A stretch of 63,991 nucleotides of DNA, filler included, from Dirinaria sp. TL-2023a (Eukaryota), in assembly GCA_051941275.1 (NCBI GenBank). It is 5 parts of 5 records of this genome, joined end to end, with 100 filler letters (N's around TTAATTAATTAA, not from the genome) between each part and the next. Parts side by side here need not be neighbours in the genome. Positions count along the whole stretch, not along the records: positions 39,224 to 52,183 come from JAVEBF010000725.1; 4 more parts are not named here. One strand, 5' to 3'. The position numbers and the translations under genes were made by a program. Shown here piece after piece: positions 39,634-52,183 of this stretch (positions are counted from its first letter, which is position 1; every line of letters starts with the position of its first letter). The notes below the pieces were generated by a model that ran no database searches, was not told the origin of the DNA, and was given only the letters and a program-made list of their open reading frames with translations.

Positions 39634-41650
39634 CTAAGAGGCCATTCTGGGCGAAGTTGTTCCGTCGATTCGCGAATGGTTGCTTTGCATGATCGCAGTG
39701 GACTCTGTTAGTCGATTTGCAAGGCAGACTCCTGGTAAAAGCATGCTATCTACTAATGCCGCGGACATATCAGCCAAATGCAACGGTGACGCAGATGAGA
39801 CTCGGTCTGACGATCCACGCTGTCGTACTAGATCAGCATTCCTCGCTCGCGCCTCGACGCCCGCGGCTTTGGCAAGGCGGCAATGATTATAGTATGATTC
39901 GACCTAATTATCAGTTAGGGTCCACATATTACTCTGGGTTGTTCGCAATGTGTAAAAGCTTACCTGGGTCGCCGATTTAGTGCCCATTCTCTCCGACATC
40001 AATTGCCAATTAGTACCAGTCGTACTTATCAAATTATGGAATGCTGTTCTCTCTTCACGTGACCAGAAGTCGGTGATTCTCGGTTCTTCACTAGTGAAGG
40101 TTTCGGAGTAAACCGCTTTCTCGACTTCATTCGGTAGATAGGTGTATACAAGTTGGACGCGTCGGAATTGGACAACAAGAGGACTTGTGCTATAGCGGTC
40201 TCTTCTCCGTCCATTAATTACGGAGAAGTATTCAGCAGGCCTTATAACTCTTGACTCGTTTTCCGAGGGTCTGAGGATACGTTCTTGTACCCGCCGATAG
40301 TAAAGACCGCACCGAGCGCTATTGCATTATGAAAAGATTAGCTAGTGAATCTGAAAACAACATTGATCCTATCAATAGGTCAACAGTATTTTCTGCTTCG
40401 AAAGAAGCGCCGAATGGTATTCCAATTATCGTAAGCACTTCAGTTGATGACGTATCGAATGATCCCGTACACTACTCGATTGGATTGTAACGTTATGAGA
40501 AGAATGCCTCATCCGGTCGGATCGAGCTTTAGTTCAAAGAGAGGCTGGGGTGGAGCACGTGACCTACCATTCTGTTTGCGATTCGAAATCAACCTCATTT
40601 TCCAGTCGACAGCCGGGACATATGTTCCAAGGGACTCCACGGTGGAAGATCATGCTCATGTCGATCTTTTGGCCGGGTTTCATGATTTGCGACCACGGTT
40701 TGGCCAGATCCAGCTTACCTTTGAAGTCTTCAAGAACGAACTGAGAGTCATCCAGCATCTGAAGTCCGCGGTCTTGGACTCCATGCTGCTGAAAACGAAT
40801 CTTGAGCACGGCTAGTAAAGCCTGGGCACAGCTGACGAAGTCCAGGTGAAAAGCGCATACGTTCCCACACGCGTCAAGCAATGTGACTGGCTTTTGGAGA
40901 GCGACCTGCGGCGGTATATCATAGTGAAGCTGTACAGCACCACGAATTTGCTGCAGTTCATAAGCGATAAGCTCATTTGCTTGTATAAGTTGGCGGTTGC
41001 TCTCGAGAAGGGACAGGAACATTTGTCTTTGGTCTAGAGTCAGATCCCTCAGCAACGAAGTTGTCTGATCGAAGTGCATGTCTTGTTTTTGGTCGCGCAG
41101 TTCCATTGTGTTTGGATGTTGGGGTGCTTGCGGAGTACATTGCTCGAAGGACTGGCTGCTGTAAACCATTTGAGCGACACGAAAAGTGTGGTAGAGGCAC
41201 TGCGGCGTACACTTGGAGGGTCACCAGTAACATACTGATAGACGAGCTATGGCGCTCGAGCTGAGCTCTGAACCGATTGACATCGTCCTGTTTACACAAA
41301 GCCCATTGAATTTTCTTCAGATTGGCTTTCCAGGTCGCGCGTGCGGGGATCTTCGTCCGGAAACATGGCTGGTACTTGGCAATTGTTGACAAGAAGGTCT
41401 CAATGCATTGCCGGCAGCGTGAGACTGCCTGCCGGATCGCAACAGCTTGCTTGGATTTAGGTCCAAACTGTTGATCAAGCTTCAAATCTTCCACAGCTTC
41501 CAATCCATCTCTCAGGCTATCGATTTCATGCGTAAGTGCCCTGAAGTCAGCGCTCGATCCCTTTGTATCTTGAAGTGCCTCTATGGATTGCTTGATGAGC
41601 TTGAGACCTATCACGATATCGCTTACCGAGAAGCCGAATCCGACGGACAT
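39634..41650 (-). CDS. HeLo-like/fungal STAND N-terminal domain + ubiquitin-like domain + CxxC..CxxC + SANT/Myb protein; exons 41650-41211, 41159-40568, 40318-39964, 39903-39634 (3' end less certain)
   Basis: MSVGFGFSVSDIV...KIQWAL...FRAQL (HeLo-like); QKPVTLLDACG..FHLDFV..LLAVLKIRF (ULD); CPGC..CARCG; FWSREERTAFHNLISTTGTNWQLMSERMGTKSATQVESYY (SANT). All three GT-AG introns are phase-consistent. Confidence 0.75.
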
Positions 41651-43533
41651 GCTGGGCTTTCTTTCGGTTTATTTTCCTGTCATTTTCTTCTCGTATTCAG
41701 AGACATCCTAGTCCCGTACGTACCAGCCGCGACCGGGGAATATTATGATTACATTAGATGATCCAAAAGATGTTGTCGGTCTCCAAGAGGACAAAGTAGC
41801 CTGCGATGGCATCGGGCGATGGCATGACCTTGACGATACCGGAGGCGATAACCAGCGGCCCCCAATTGTAGTCGCTGTACAGTAGGAGCCAAGGAGCCCT
41901 ACTTAGCCGAACCGGTCTGCTTTCTTCAGTCCAGGCCCCAAGGCCCCCAGTGACAGTTAGAATCAGGTCATGGGGGTAATTTCCTTCGCCTTTCATTGGC
42001 CTCGAGCAAGTAGCTGCGTGACACTAAACTGGGGGAGCCCTCCTAAGGTAAGGTAGGCTGCTCCCCTCCCTCCCTCCCCTCCCCCCAAAAGTATCGCACC
42101 GTACCGTACCGCACCTGAGATTGCCCTTGGCGCCAAGATTTTCATGTTCTATCTGTATCAGGGACTTCGGTCCAAGGAGTCCTTCGGGAATGAAAAGTTA
42201 TCGCCTTAAGTACTCGAGGCTCTCTTAAATTGAGTCCAGAGGGTTCATTATGCAACTACGCACCAAGGTATCACTCAGCCACGCCTAATGTTGTCCATAA
42301 ACCCAGAAATTTGATTGTCCCCTTTTCTTGCACGGGTCAGACGACACAGCACAAGAAGGGGGAAAAATAGAACGAAATTGAGTTGACGTAAGATTACATA
42401 TTCTCACTCTCTCACGGAACTATCAAATCATGGAGGAAAATTGCCGCGATGACAACGACAGGAGAATTAAAGTAGTGATGAAATTTCGCTAGTATAATCA
42501 ATCGAGGTTTTTTTCCTCTCCATACGGTTGACCTATTGCTCTCTCTGCGCCTTTGTCACAGACCTTACCCATGCTCCTTTGAGAACTTCATCGCATTTTT
42601 TCTGTCGTTCCTTACGCACGCTTGTAGTCTCAAAAGTATGCAGATTCTGTCGACACTCCTTGGTAGCTCCGGTTGCGTATATATACGAGACAGAACACCT
42701 GAGGCGCTAAAGCATAGCAAAACGAGAAATCATGCACGGTTCCTAGAGGAATTATCGAAGGACCCGGAGAACGCTTAGTCTCTTTTTGATTCTGTCTTGT
42801 TTTTGGGCACGGTGGAAAAGGGGTCTGAAGCTGGCGTTTTTCTCCCTTCTCTTACTCTGGTGCTCCACTCGACCTCTCTCTTATCGAATGACTGGTGATT
42901 CTGGCGCCAGCTGCCAATCCAATACCAGTACAGAACACAGAGATTTTTCTGATTTCGCAGATTTGGCGGCTTTGAACGTTACCGATAGTAATCAAACTAG
43001 GATGTTACACCTTACAGTACACCTTAGAAGGCTGCTGCGAGAAAAAGAATCGATACTACGGGTTAGCCTTCTTTATCTCTTCTTGGGATAGATCTTGGCC
43101 GATAGGAGAATCGGTAAAGAATCATTCATGGAAAACTCTCAGCCGACATCGTCCCAAAAAGGGCAAATCACATGACTTTGGCCTAACGGTATGTTTGCTT
43201 CCTTGGAACAAATTAGGCACCAATTGGTAGGAAGACTTGCTAGGTATGCTTTGTATTCCGAGGGACAGGTGAATTTGGGTTGGTATGCAATCGGGGAGCC
43301 GTTCTCAGCGAGCCAACTGGTTTGCCTCTCGGCATTGCTTGCTCGCTCCTCTCCAATTTGAAAAACAACCGCAAACAATTTGAGCCAAGAGTTAAGGGCG
43401 GCTCGAGTCACACTACGCGTGCAAACCTTTGCCCATAAATAATCGGGCAACCTAGATTCCCGTTCATGATGTTTCCTCCTCTCTCTCCACTTCCAATCTT
43501 ATTCCCATTAACTTTAACAAAAGTTTGTCAACA

Positions 43534-44104
43534 ATGCAGAACCTCAAGCTCAGTTCTCCGAAACCTATCCAATCCACTTCCCAAGGGCCTCTCAGCTTTG
43601 CTGAATCGAAGGCACAACGTCGCTCAGACGGGGCGCAAGGGGCCGAGCGGAAGACACGGAAGGCCAGATCTTACGATCCTCAGGATCCGATTCGCCTAGA
43701 CAAGCAGATGGGGAGAGAATACCGTTCTCAGCGCGAGGGCAAAATCGGCGAGGAAAGAAAAAGATCTGAAGCTGCTGGAAAGAGTCGCGTCTGACACCCT
43801 GGCCGTGCATCATGACGCAATCAAAGCTTGGGAGCAGAGTTTCAAGGAAATCGTTGGCAATCAGAAAGATAAATCGTACAAAATTGAGGCCGCTGTGAGG
43901 GAGAAGTTGGACTCGCAGCGGAGCGAATGGGCTACCGATTTCTATATTGGGAAGATGAGGGACACCTTAAAAGGTGCTGAGAGTGAGGTTGTGGAGAAGG
44001 AGATGAAAGAGATGAGAGAGGCTTTGAGACATGTTTTCAAAGAGAAGGCGAAGACGACGCAGAAGGAGGTGCATAGGATGTTGCTAGATGAGGAAGGAGG
44101 GTAG
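43534..44104 (+). pseudogene. Possible frameshifted hypothetical charged/coiled-coil protein
   Basis: Two offset reading frames (MQNLKLSS...GKIGEE and KDLKLLERVASDTLAVHHDAIK...EEGG*) overlap at an A-rich run near 43750-43765; no intron is evident. Confidence 0.3.
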
Positions 44105-44341
44105 GGCCTGCTTGAACAAAGCTAGCTGCTACAGCACGTTCGACCGTTCTCAACGCTAGGACCTAGCAGGTTTGCGAATGGGAAGAATGGCTCCCCATGG
44201 CTGCTTTTGAGAGAATCTTCCTGTAAATTCTTTTTAAGCTGCGGCAAATAGCTCTCCAAGCTGTGGTTCGCGTGTAGCTTTTGGATCCAAGAACCGGCAA
44301 GCTGTCCCCCCAACGAAATCCGAAAGTCGAGATTTCCAGAA

Positions 44342-45997
44342 TTACTCGTGCATTACCCTTTTCTGCATTCCCAGACCGTTCCTAATCTCGTCCTCGCGCT
44401 TCACCACTCCGATTGGCAGGGCACTACCAACGCCACTCAGCACGAATAATGCCCACTTCCAACGGAATGGATTGATCGCGACACAAAACACAAACCAGTA
44501 CGTCAACTCTGAATACGTGAAAAAATCGAATGCACCTGCCGGAGCCTTGGACTTCACCCATTCAGTCATGCTGATCCATCTTTTCATCCAGTACTCCGTT
44601 GGCCGCGCAAGCGGGTCGACGAGGAACATGAGCAGCAGCCGCGTGTAAATCCCGATGTGATAGTTACCAACCGTGCCTATGGCATTTACATACGTTGCAT
44701 TGATAGCACATATAGACATATGTTTGGGCGGGAAAACTTGAACAAACCACTTAGGAGGCTGGTAATCTGGTTCGAAGCAATCTGGGGGAAGAAAGGAGAG
44801 CGAAGGGCGTTGAAATCCGGTAGCAAGGATGACCATGTCACCTTTGATTTCTTCCTCGCGGCCTGGGCCACCTTTTGGGACGCCCTGAGCGCGGTGATTG
44901 AATAGAATCCCATTTTCCGTGAAACTGATAATGTCTCCACGGAGCCAGGCTGCTTTGTGGGCACGGATTTGATGAAATATATCAGAATTTACCATGGGTG
45001 TTCCGGTAAAAAGGCCTTCAGATGGTGGTGCAATGTCTTCAAGATCGCGATAGAAGAATGTTTTGAGAATTCTCTCCGGGATCCAGGAGAAGATCGTTTC
45101 TTGACCGAATATATTCAGTGCGAGAAGCACATCAACGAATGCATTGCGTGGAATGATCCATTTCTCAGAGCGAGCGAGCACAGATGTGCTTGCAGCGCCG
45201 GTATTGACGACGAATTCGAGAGCCTCAACAGCGGATGCACCGCCGCCAATGATCAAGACTTTCTTGCCCTGGGCAGTCTTGCCATCTAGCATCGATGAAT
45301 GGTAAACCTCACCTTTGAAAGCTTCTTGATTGGGCAAGTGGGGCATTTTTGCCTGCCCATGTGAGTCTTATGCAATGCCTGCCGAGGGGAAAAAACACAT
45401 ACATCTCCACAGCTGCCAATTGCAGGAATGACGCCGTCAAAGCGGCCGTTGGAAGGGTCATTGATGATCCAGCGCCCTTGCTTATCCTGAGTGACGGAAT
45501 TGACTCGGGCATTGAACTTTGTGCGCTCTTGCAGCCCATATCGCCTCCAAAGCTGTACGATTTGGGAGACGATTTGCTGACGATCTGGATAGCCTTCGCT
45601 CCATTGAATTGAAGGGTGAAAGCGATACATGATGCTGTGGATCTGCAACCCGGATGTATTGTTGACCCGCTTTTGATAGTCAGAATGGTATTCTTCTCCC
45701 CAACAGCTCTACTGAAGCATGTATGAAGCGGAGAACGACGTGCTTGCAGCACCGATAAGAGCAACTTACGCTCCATATCCCTCCAAGATTCTTTTCATCT
45801 CCGGCTTCGAAGATGGTTACATCGAAGCCATGACCTACACAGTGAGATGCTGCTGATACACCGGTCAGTCCAGCACCAATGACTGCAATTCGAGGTCTGC
45901 CCAGGCGGGCATGCGGCGGAGGTGGGTTGGGTGAAAGAAGCCTGCCAAGCAACCACTGAAGCCATGAGTACAACCAGAGGACAGGGTGAAAATCCAT
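44342..45997 (-). CDS. Flavin-binding monooxygenase-like protein, multi-exon
   Basis: FAD motif IAVIGAGLTG, GGIWS, LQIHSIMYRF, YHSS, NADPH motif IIGGGASA and ILATGF. Confidence 0.9.
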
Positions 45998-46402
45998 GAT
46001 CGAAGGCTGAATATAGTATATCTCAATTTAGTATATCTCAATTGATTAAGAAGCCTCGGCCATTTTGGAATTCCTCGCATTTATTCATCTCACACCACCC
46101 TCCTGACGTAATTGCAGTAAGTTGGATGCATTAAAGTTCGGTGCATGTGAAAGCCCGGCACAATTGACGGACCGGAGTTCGAGGGCTGTCCTAGGGTTAT
46201 GGATATAATTAACACCTCAAGGTACCTCATGCAAGGGCACTCCAAAGCCGGGATACTCCTCCAAAGAATATGAACTTATATTATGAGGGCATCAATACTA
46301 GGTGTCATATTCATGATACACCAAGGATAGCGCGAAGGTTCCCTCTACGTAGCAACGAACGCACAATGACATGCTAGTATCTAAGCCGTGGACCTTGCAA
46401 AT

Positions 46403-48174
46403 ATGACCACAGCTACGACTGACAATTTTCTACGCGAGCTGGCACGTATTTTGCAGGAAAAGAATGGCGCACAATTACAGGACTACATGATCCTGGAGCC
46501 GCCCTTACCACCATTGTACAACCAGATTGTGTCCGAACTGAAGCAGACTTATCCCATCTTTAATCAAGCGCCGCTGGAAAGCAAGGTCAAAGACTTCATA
46601 CCCGAATATGAAGAAGGTGATGACGGGGCTTCCAATGCATCTTTCATTACCTTCGTCCTGAAATACCTTTCTTTCCTCCGGGATGTCGATGTTGAGCAAC
46701 TCGTCGAGACTCATGACATGCTGAAGTCGCTTCTGAAGTCCGTTCCAATCGAAGTGGAAGTCCAAAGGAAGATGCTGCTGACTACGGGACTAGCCAGTGT
46801 ATCCTTGCGCTGAGCGCGTCGAATGGGCTAGTGGTCCTGCCGACTGTGATCTCCTTTTCGCGCACGTTGGCCAGACTGGCCATCGGACTGGATAAGAGAC
46901 CGGACCTGATCGCGCATCTTACGAGACGAGAATCCAGCGCCGGGAATGAGGAGGCCACTGAACGGGTAACGCTGGTCGAAAGCTCAGCAAACGTAATCCG
47001 AGAAGCCTTCAAGAAGTGTCTCAGCGAAAGGAGCGGAAATGCTTCTGGTATCGATAGCGATGGCAAGCCAGAAGGGAGGCGTATTGGGATCTATCTGACT
47101 GCCAATCTCTGCCTGAAACTATTCTTCCATTGTAGGAAATTAAGAAGTGCAGAGCAGATATTTGGCAATATCTACCAACAGTCTCCTCCACTGGCGCTTT
47201 ATCCAGCATCCCAACGCGTCACCTTTCTGTACTATCTTGGTCGATACCAGTTTGCGAACAATCACTTCTATCGGGCGCAACGAGCGCTCCAAGCTGCCTA
47301 TGACCAGTGCCATGCCCAGTGTCCCAAACAGCGTCGTCTTATTTTAATCTACTTAATCGCTTCAAACCTCATCCTTGGACGGTTTCCAACCCCTGGCCTG
47401 CTCAAGCGCACAGAAGCCCACGGGCTGGGCCAAAAGTTCCAGCCGATCTGCTCGTGTATCGTCAAGGGAGACCTGGCCTCCTTTCGGCGGTTGATGGACT
47501 TGAACAACAACGACGTTGAATGGTTCTTGAATAAGCGCATCTTGCTCCAATTCGCCAATCGGTGTGAGGTCCTCGTCTGGCGTTCTCTAGCTCGGAGGAC
47601 TTTCCTTCTCAGTGGCACCCAAGGCAATGCCAGCAACAAGCGAGCGCCGACACTCGATCTCCAAGACATGCACATTCTAGCCACGTATCTGGAACGCAGA
47701 GCTCTGAACACCGACAAACCGCAACCCAATGGCCGTACTCCTCATACGAATTCCATCTTCATGGTCCCTGACGCAAAGAGAGCTAAATCCGGAGATCCGC
47801 AAGGCTACACAGATCCAGATCTGGCGGGTGTCGTAGAGCCATCAGGGCCTGATCTACCTACTATGGAAAGCGTCGAATCGATGGTCGCTTCGCTGGTAGA
47901 ACAAGACCTTTTGCATGGATTTATCAGTCATAAGTCCCTGCGATTCGCCATCACCGGCGCGAAGACAGCGGGCGCTCTAGCCGCAGGGTTCCCCAATGTG
48001 TGGGAGATCATCAGGGGTAGGGTAAGTAGCGATGACGAGGTGCCAGGATGGGTTCAGGAAAGGAAGTCTAATGGCCCGTTTGGTCCAAGAGGGTTAGCAG
48101 GATTGGCTCGCGGAGCTGGACCGGGAATGGTGGTCAACTTAAGCGGTGCGAGACCCGCGGGAGCTGGTCCATAG
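46403..48174 (+). CDS. CSN12: PCI-domain protein CSN12/PCID2-like; one intron near 46738-46793
   Basis: IREAFKKCLSER, GIYLTANLCLKLFF, QRVTFLYYLGRY, RLILIYLIASNLILGRFP and VASLVEQDLLHGFISH motifs. Confidence 0.8.
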
Positions 48175-48244
48175 TACAACGTCCCTCTAAATTATCCAGC
48201 AACAACCGTCCAAAAATCCTCCGTTGTTCATCCTTGAATCCGCT

Positions 48245-49216
48245 CTATTTGCCCTTCCTCCTCTTCCCCAACCCTCTGCGTTTCCTCTTCTCCCACGCCT
48301 CTCCAACCCTCACTGCCTCCCCACCAGAAACCTTCTTCCTCTTCTTCGCGCCCTTCACAAGCTCGTTCAACTCGCCTCCAAACCCCAGATCGTCCTCCCC
48401 AAAACCCTCACCCACATCTCTCCTGCGCTTGCCACCTACCTTCCCCTCCCTCGGCAGTCTCACAAGCCTCTCTTCCTCGTATCTCCTCCTATCCGCCTCT
48501 TTGTCCGCCGTCCTCCCTCTCAGTCCAGAGCCAGCACCAATCGACGGCTCAGCAAGCGGAGCATCCTCAAGCTCTTCACTCACAAATTCATTCAGCGCAT
48601 GGGACTTGCGAGGTCGGCGATCCTTTCTCGCGTCAGGCGGCGCCACGGGTGTGACTTGCGGGGGCCGATACACGCCCGGTTTTCGAGATGGCGATGGTGA
48701 GCGGCGGTCGGGGAGACGGAAGGCGGAAGGGTTAGGGCGGTATGACAGGTCGGAGATTTTGGGAGGGGCGCTGTTCGCAACCTCTTCCTCTGAGGCTGAT
48801 CCTGTTGCCGCCGCCTTCGTCGTGGTGGTGTTGGTACCATTGGCGCCGTTGACGATGGCTTTCGAAGCGCTGTCATCGGCAGCAGCGAGGAGCAGCTTGT
48901 CGATTTGGTATTTCAGGCGCGTTTCGAGCGGGCGCACCCCTTTCTCAAGGTAGACTCGTAGGGCGACCAGATTCTGCACGACGGCATCGTCGGAAAGGGG
49001 TTCGGCAGGTTGAGGACCTTGCTGCCGCAGCTTGTGGATTATGAAGAAGACTAGGTTTTGCAGGTAGGAGAGGAGAAGTTCGTTCTTGATGTCCAGCAGG
49101 GATATCCCCTCGGGTGGTGGGGCAAGGGCTGATGGCTCGAGGAGAGAGGTGGAAGCTGATGTGAGAGAGTCTGTGAGGGTAGCGCAGAGCTCGGAAAGTG
49201 ATACTGCTGCTGCCAT
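48245..49216 (-). CDS. LCP5: U3 snoRNP / SSU processome component Lcp5 (Sas10/Utp3/C1D family)
   Basis: GISLLDIKNELLLSYLQNL, RVYLEKGVRPLETRLKYQIDKLL, LSYRPNP, GVYRPP and YEEERLVRLP motifs. Confidence 0.88.
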   Translation of the reverse strand: MAAAVSLSELCATLTDSLTSASTSLLEPSALAPPPEGISLLDIKNELLLSYLQNLVFFIIHKLRQQGPQPAEPLSDDAVVQNLVALRVYLEKGVRPLETRLKYQIDKLLLAAADDSASKAIVNGANGTNTTTTKAAATGSASEEEVANSAPPKISDLSYRPNPSAFRLPDRRSPSPSRKPGVYRPPQVTPVAPPDARKDRRPRKSHALNEFVSEELEDAPLAEPSIGAGSGLRGRTADKEADRRRYEEERLVRLPREGKVGGKRRRDVGEGFGEDDLGFGGELNELVKGAKKRKKVSGGEAVRVGEAWEKRKRRGLGKRRKGK

Positions 49217-49962
49217 TACTATTTTTGGGGTTTGTATCTTGTCTGGACATTTGGAGCATTGGGGTGAAATTTTTCCTTGTGTTTGAAGTTGACATGCGGA
49301 ATCGCAGAAGGCAATTTTACGCGAGCGAGTGCCGGCTGGGGGGTCCTCCCTTGATTTCCACCATCCCATCCGTCCTTCCAGAGCCGAGGGAGCCGATTCC
49401 CTCAGGATGAGATCTAAGATCCCATTACTTTAGCTTGACACCTTTAGTCAATCAACTACAACAGTAACAACACGCCCATCGCTAAACCGTCGAGCCTCCG
49501 ATGTAAAACCAGGAACGATGCACTACGATACGGCATGGTAAGCTGGGTCCTCCAAAGCTTACCAATCGAAGCCACCGACGATGTCTCGTCGTATTAGTTG
49601 CACCACCGCGCCTGTTGAGGATTCGTCCGAAATCAGGCGTACTCCATAGGGCGGACGATGACGTGAATCTACCTTGGATTGGGGACATGTTGCGGCTGTG
49701 TCAGACGCGGGGTCACCTTACCTCAATGGACTTAGGTTCTAACGTACCAATTAGTAAGAGTAAGGTAGGTATGTAAGCTGATGCCAATGGAATAATATCA
49801 AAGTTGCATGGAAAGAATCGCAATTACAAAGCTTTGAAAGTGGGCTTCTCCTGATCTCCTCTCTAAATTTCTCCATAGATACTGCTTCATCTGCTCCTCA
49901 TCTGTAGTCGAAGCACGAGTTCGCGTCTACCATTTTTATTTGACAGATCTTTTCTGCCCACC

Positions 49963-50982
49963 ATGTCCAGTAACACTGCAGCCATTCTCAAAGAGGCCAG
50001 AGCCCAGATCACGGTCGAGCAGCGGCCCATACCAACTCCCAAGGCAGGCGAATTGCTCGTCAAGAACTCTGCCGTGGCTATCAATCCCGTCGACTGGAAG
50101 ATCCAGCAGGGAGGTTACATTATCACCCAATACCCAAACGTCCTCGGTAGCGATGTGGCTGGGACTGTGGAAGCCATTGGCCCAGATGTGAAGCATTTCA
50201 AGAAAGGTGATCGCGTCACTGGCTTCACCGGAGTAATCGGCACGAACAACATCGACGAGGGCGCGTTCCAGAAGTACTCCATTCTAAGGGAGCATTGCGC
50301 AGCGAAGCTGCCTCAAGGTATAAGCTTTGAGGAAGGCGCGACGCTGCCCATGTCTGTTGCCACAGCCGGTGTGGGGATGTGGCAGTCGCTGGGTCTACCG
50401 AAGCCAGAGCAAGGCAAGCAAAACGGAGGCTTCCTCGTTTGGGGAGCCTCGTCCAGTGTGGGTGCCAGCGTGGTCCAGATGGCCGCGCAGCTGGGATATA
50501 CGGTGTTCGGCGTCTGCAGCCCGCACAATCACGAAGACGTGAAGAAGCTCGGTTGCGCCGACGTTTTTGACTACAAGACGAAGGATGTAGCCAAGAACAT
50601 CATCGCTCGTGCTGAGTCGGGCCGAACGCCGATCACGGTGGCATACGATGCCATTTCCGAACACGGTAGCCCAGCTCAGTGCGCGGAAATCTTGGAGGCG
50701 TTCGGTGGCGGTAAACTCTGCTTGACTCTTCCCTGGCCGGAAGATGCAAAGAAGCCAGACAATGTCGAGATTGCCAATACTCTCGCTTTCGCAGTTGTCG
50801 AGAGTGCTAAGGACTTAGCAGCCTGGCTGTTCAACGACTGGCTGGAGGGAGCACTGGAAAATGGTTCGTACAAAATCTATCCAACCGTTCAGGCGGTTGA
50901 GGGTGGATTCGATGGTGTACAGAACGCATTCGAAGTACAGAAAAAGGGCGTCAGCGGGAAGAAGGTGGTGGTGCCAGTGTAA
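49963..50982 (+). CDS. Zinc-type alcohol dehydrogenase / enoyl-reductase-like MDR protein (CipB-like), intronless
   Basis: AVAINPVDWK, LGSDVAGTVEAIG, GAFQKY, LVWGASSSVG, VFDYK and VSGKKVVV motifs. Confidence 0.9.
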   Translation: MSSNTAAILKEARAQITVEQRPIPTPKAGELLVKNSAVAINPVDWKIQQGGYIITQYPNVLGSDVAGTVEAIGPDVKHFKKGDRVTGFTGVIGTNNIDEGAFQKYSILREHCAAKLPQGISFEEGATLPMSVATAGVGMWQSLGLPKPEQGKQNGGFLVWGASSSVGASVVQMAAQLGYTVFGVCSPHNHEDVKKLGCADVFDYKTKDVAKNIIARAESGRTPITVAYDAISEHGSPAQCAEILEAFGGGKLCLTLPWPEDAKKPDNVEIANTLAFAVVESAKDLAAWLFNDWLEGALENGSYKIYPTVQAVEGGFDGVQNAFEVQKKGVSGKKVVVPV

Positions 50983-51127
50983 ATAGTTCAGAGCCGTGCA
51001 AGGTCCATCGACAAGGAAAACCCTTATTTCAGAGAAGAAGCCAAGGCGTGTAAGCAAGAAGGTTTTTGGATTATCCTAAATCTCGCTCTGCCTGGAATGT
51101 GACTTGTTTGAAATGTCTCCCCGTGGA

Positions 51128-51970
51128 TCACTCCTCATCTGGATCGTACAGATCTAACCCACCAAATACCTTGGGCTTTTCCTCCTCCCTCGGGGCCTCT
51201 CTCACCATCGTGGAACCTTGCTGTGGGTGCCTGGTTGAGTACTCGTGTGATACTGCGTCATCTTTGCGCTGCTCCTCTTTCCGGTCATCTTCAATTCCTC
51301 CCTCCACCTTTTGTTCCCCTTCGATCTGAATCGTTGTCGGATCAACACCCTGCTCTAACATAGCTTGTATCTGGCCCAATGCGCCCTGCCGAATGACCTC
51401 CTCGCTGGGCCACGGCACGAAGCCGCTCTCACCCGGCAAAACAGGTGCCTGTGCCTGTACCTCTGCTTCCTTCGCCGGATCCGCTTCAGCGCCAACACCA
51501 TTCACCTCACCCTTACCCGGCGCCTCAGCGACCTCCTCGCCCGCCTTCGTTTCCAACGACTGTCGCGCGGCGGTGGCGGCCGGATACGTAGTGCGGGGCG
51601 CGGTATACCGACTGATGCGCTGGGCGAAATCAAGGAGCTCGCCGCAGGGCACCTGCTGAGGAGCATCATCATCATCGTCCGGGACGGGAGTGATTTTCTG
51701 GGTCAGGATCTCGGAGCGCAGGGTCGCGAGGGACGTCAGTTTGGCGGTGATGGTCGCGTTGAGCGTGGCGATCTCGGAGCGCAGGGAGGTGATGCGGCTG
51801 TGGTTGCGCTGGTGGGTCACGAGCTGCTGGACGCCTTGGTTCAGCTCGTCGTCGGCCGCGAGCAGCTCCTGCGCCGCTGGGATGGAGGGGTTGTAGGATG
51901 CGATGGAGTCGATGAGGGTGCTGAGGGAGGCGTCGATGCGGTCCAGGCGGGTTTGAATGGTTTGGTTCAT
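51128..51970 (-). CDS. MED4: Mediator complex subunit 4 (start may be an upstream in-frame ATG)
   Basis: RLDRIDASLSTLIDSIASYNPS, LLAADDELNQG, ELLDFAQRISRYT, FVPWPSEEVIRQGALGQIQ and C-terminal FGGLDLYDPDEE. Confidence 0.85.
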   Translation of the reverse strand: MNQTIQTRLDRIDASLSTLIDSIASYNPSIPAAQELLAADDELNQGVQQLVTHQRNHSRITSLRSEIATLNATITAKLTSLATLRSEILTQKITPVPDDDDDAPQQVPCGELLDFAQRISRYTAPRTTYPAATAARQSLETKAGEEVAEAPGKGEVNGVGAEADPAKEAEVQAQAPVLPGESGFVPWPSEEVIRQGALGQIQAMLEQGVDPTTIQIEGEQKVEGGIEDDRKEEQRKDDAVSHEYSTRHPQQGSTMVREAPREEEKPKVFGGLDLYDPDEE

Positions 51971-52183
51971 TTGATTCATTCTTGGGACTGTTGGGACAGG
52001 AGCCATTGCGTTATCCAAGATTCAAGTATCTCAAGGTATGTAAAGCTATGGAGTGTAGAGGTATGTACGGTATGTACCTTTTACAATAATGAAGAGCAAG
52101 TACCTTAGATAGGGGGGTAAACCCTAGAAAGGCTCATGCATGTCAGGCACGAAGTCAAGACTGGCTGACTGGGACCATTGAGG

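Noticed and set aside
42400..43460. Short ORFs between the HeLo-like gene and the orphan ORF
   Set aside because: No consistent frame or motif; cannot be supported as a gene or transposon relic.
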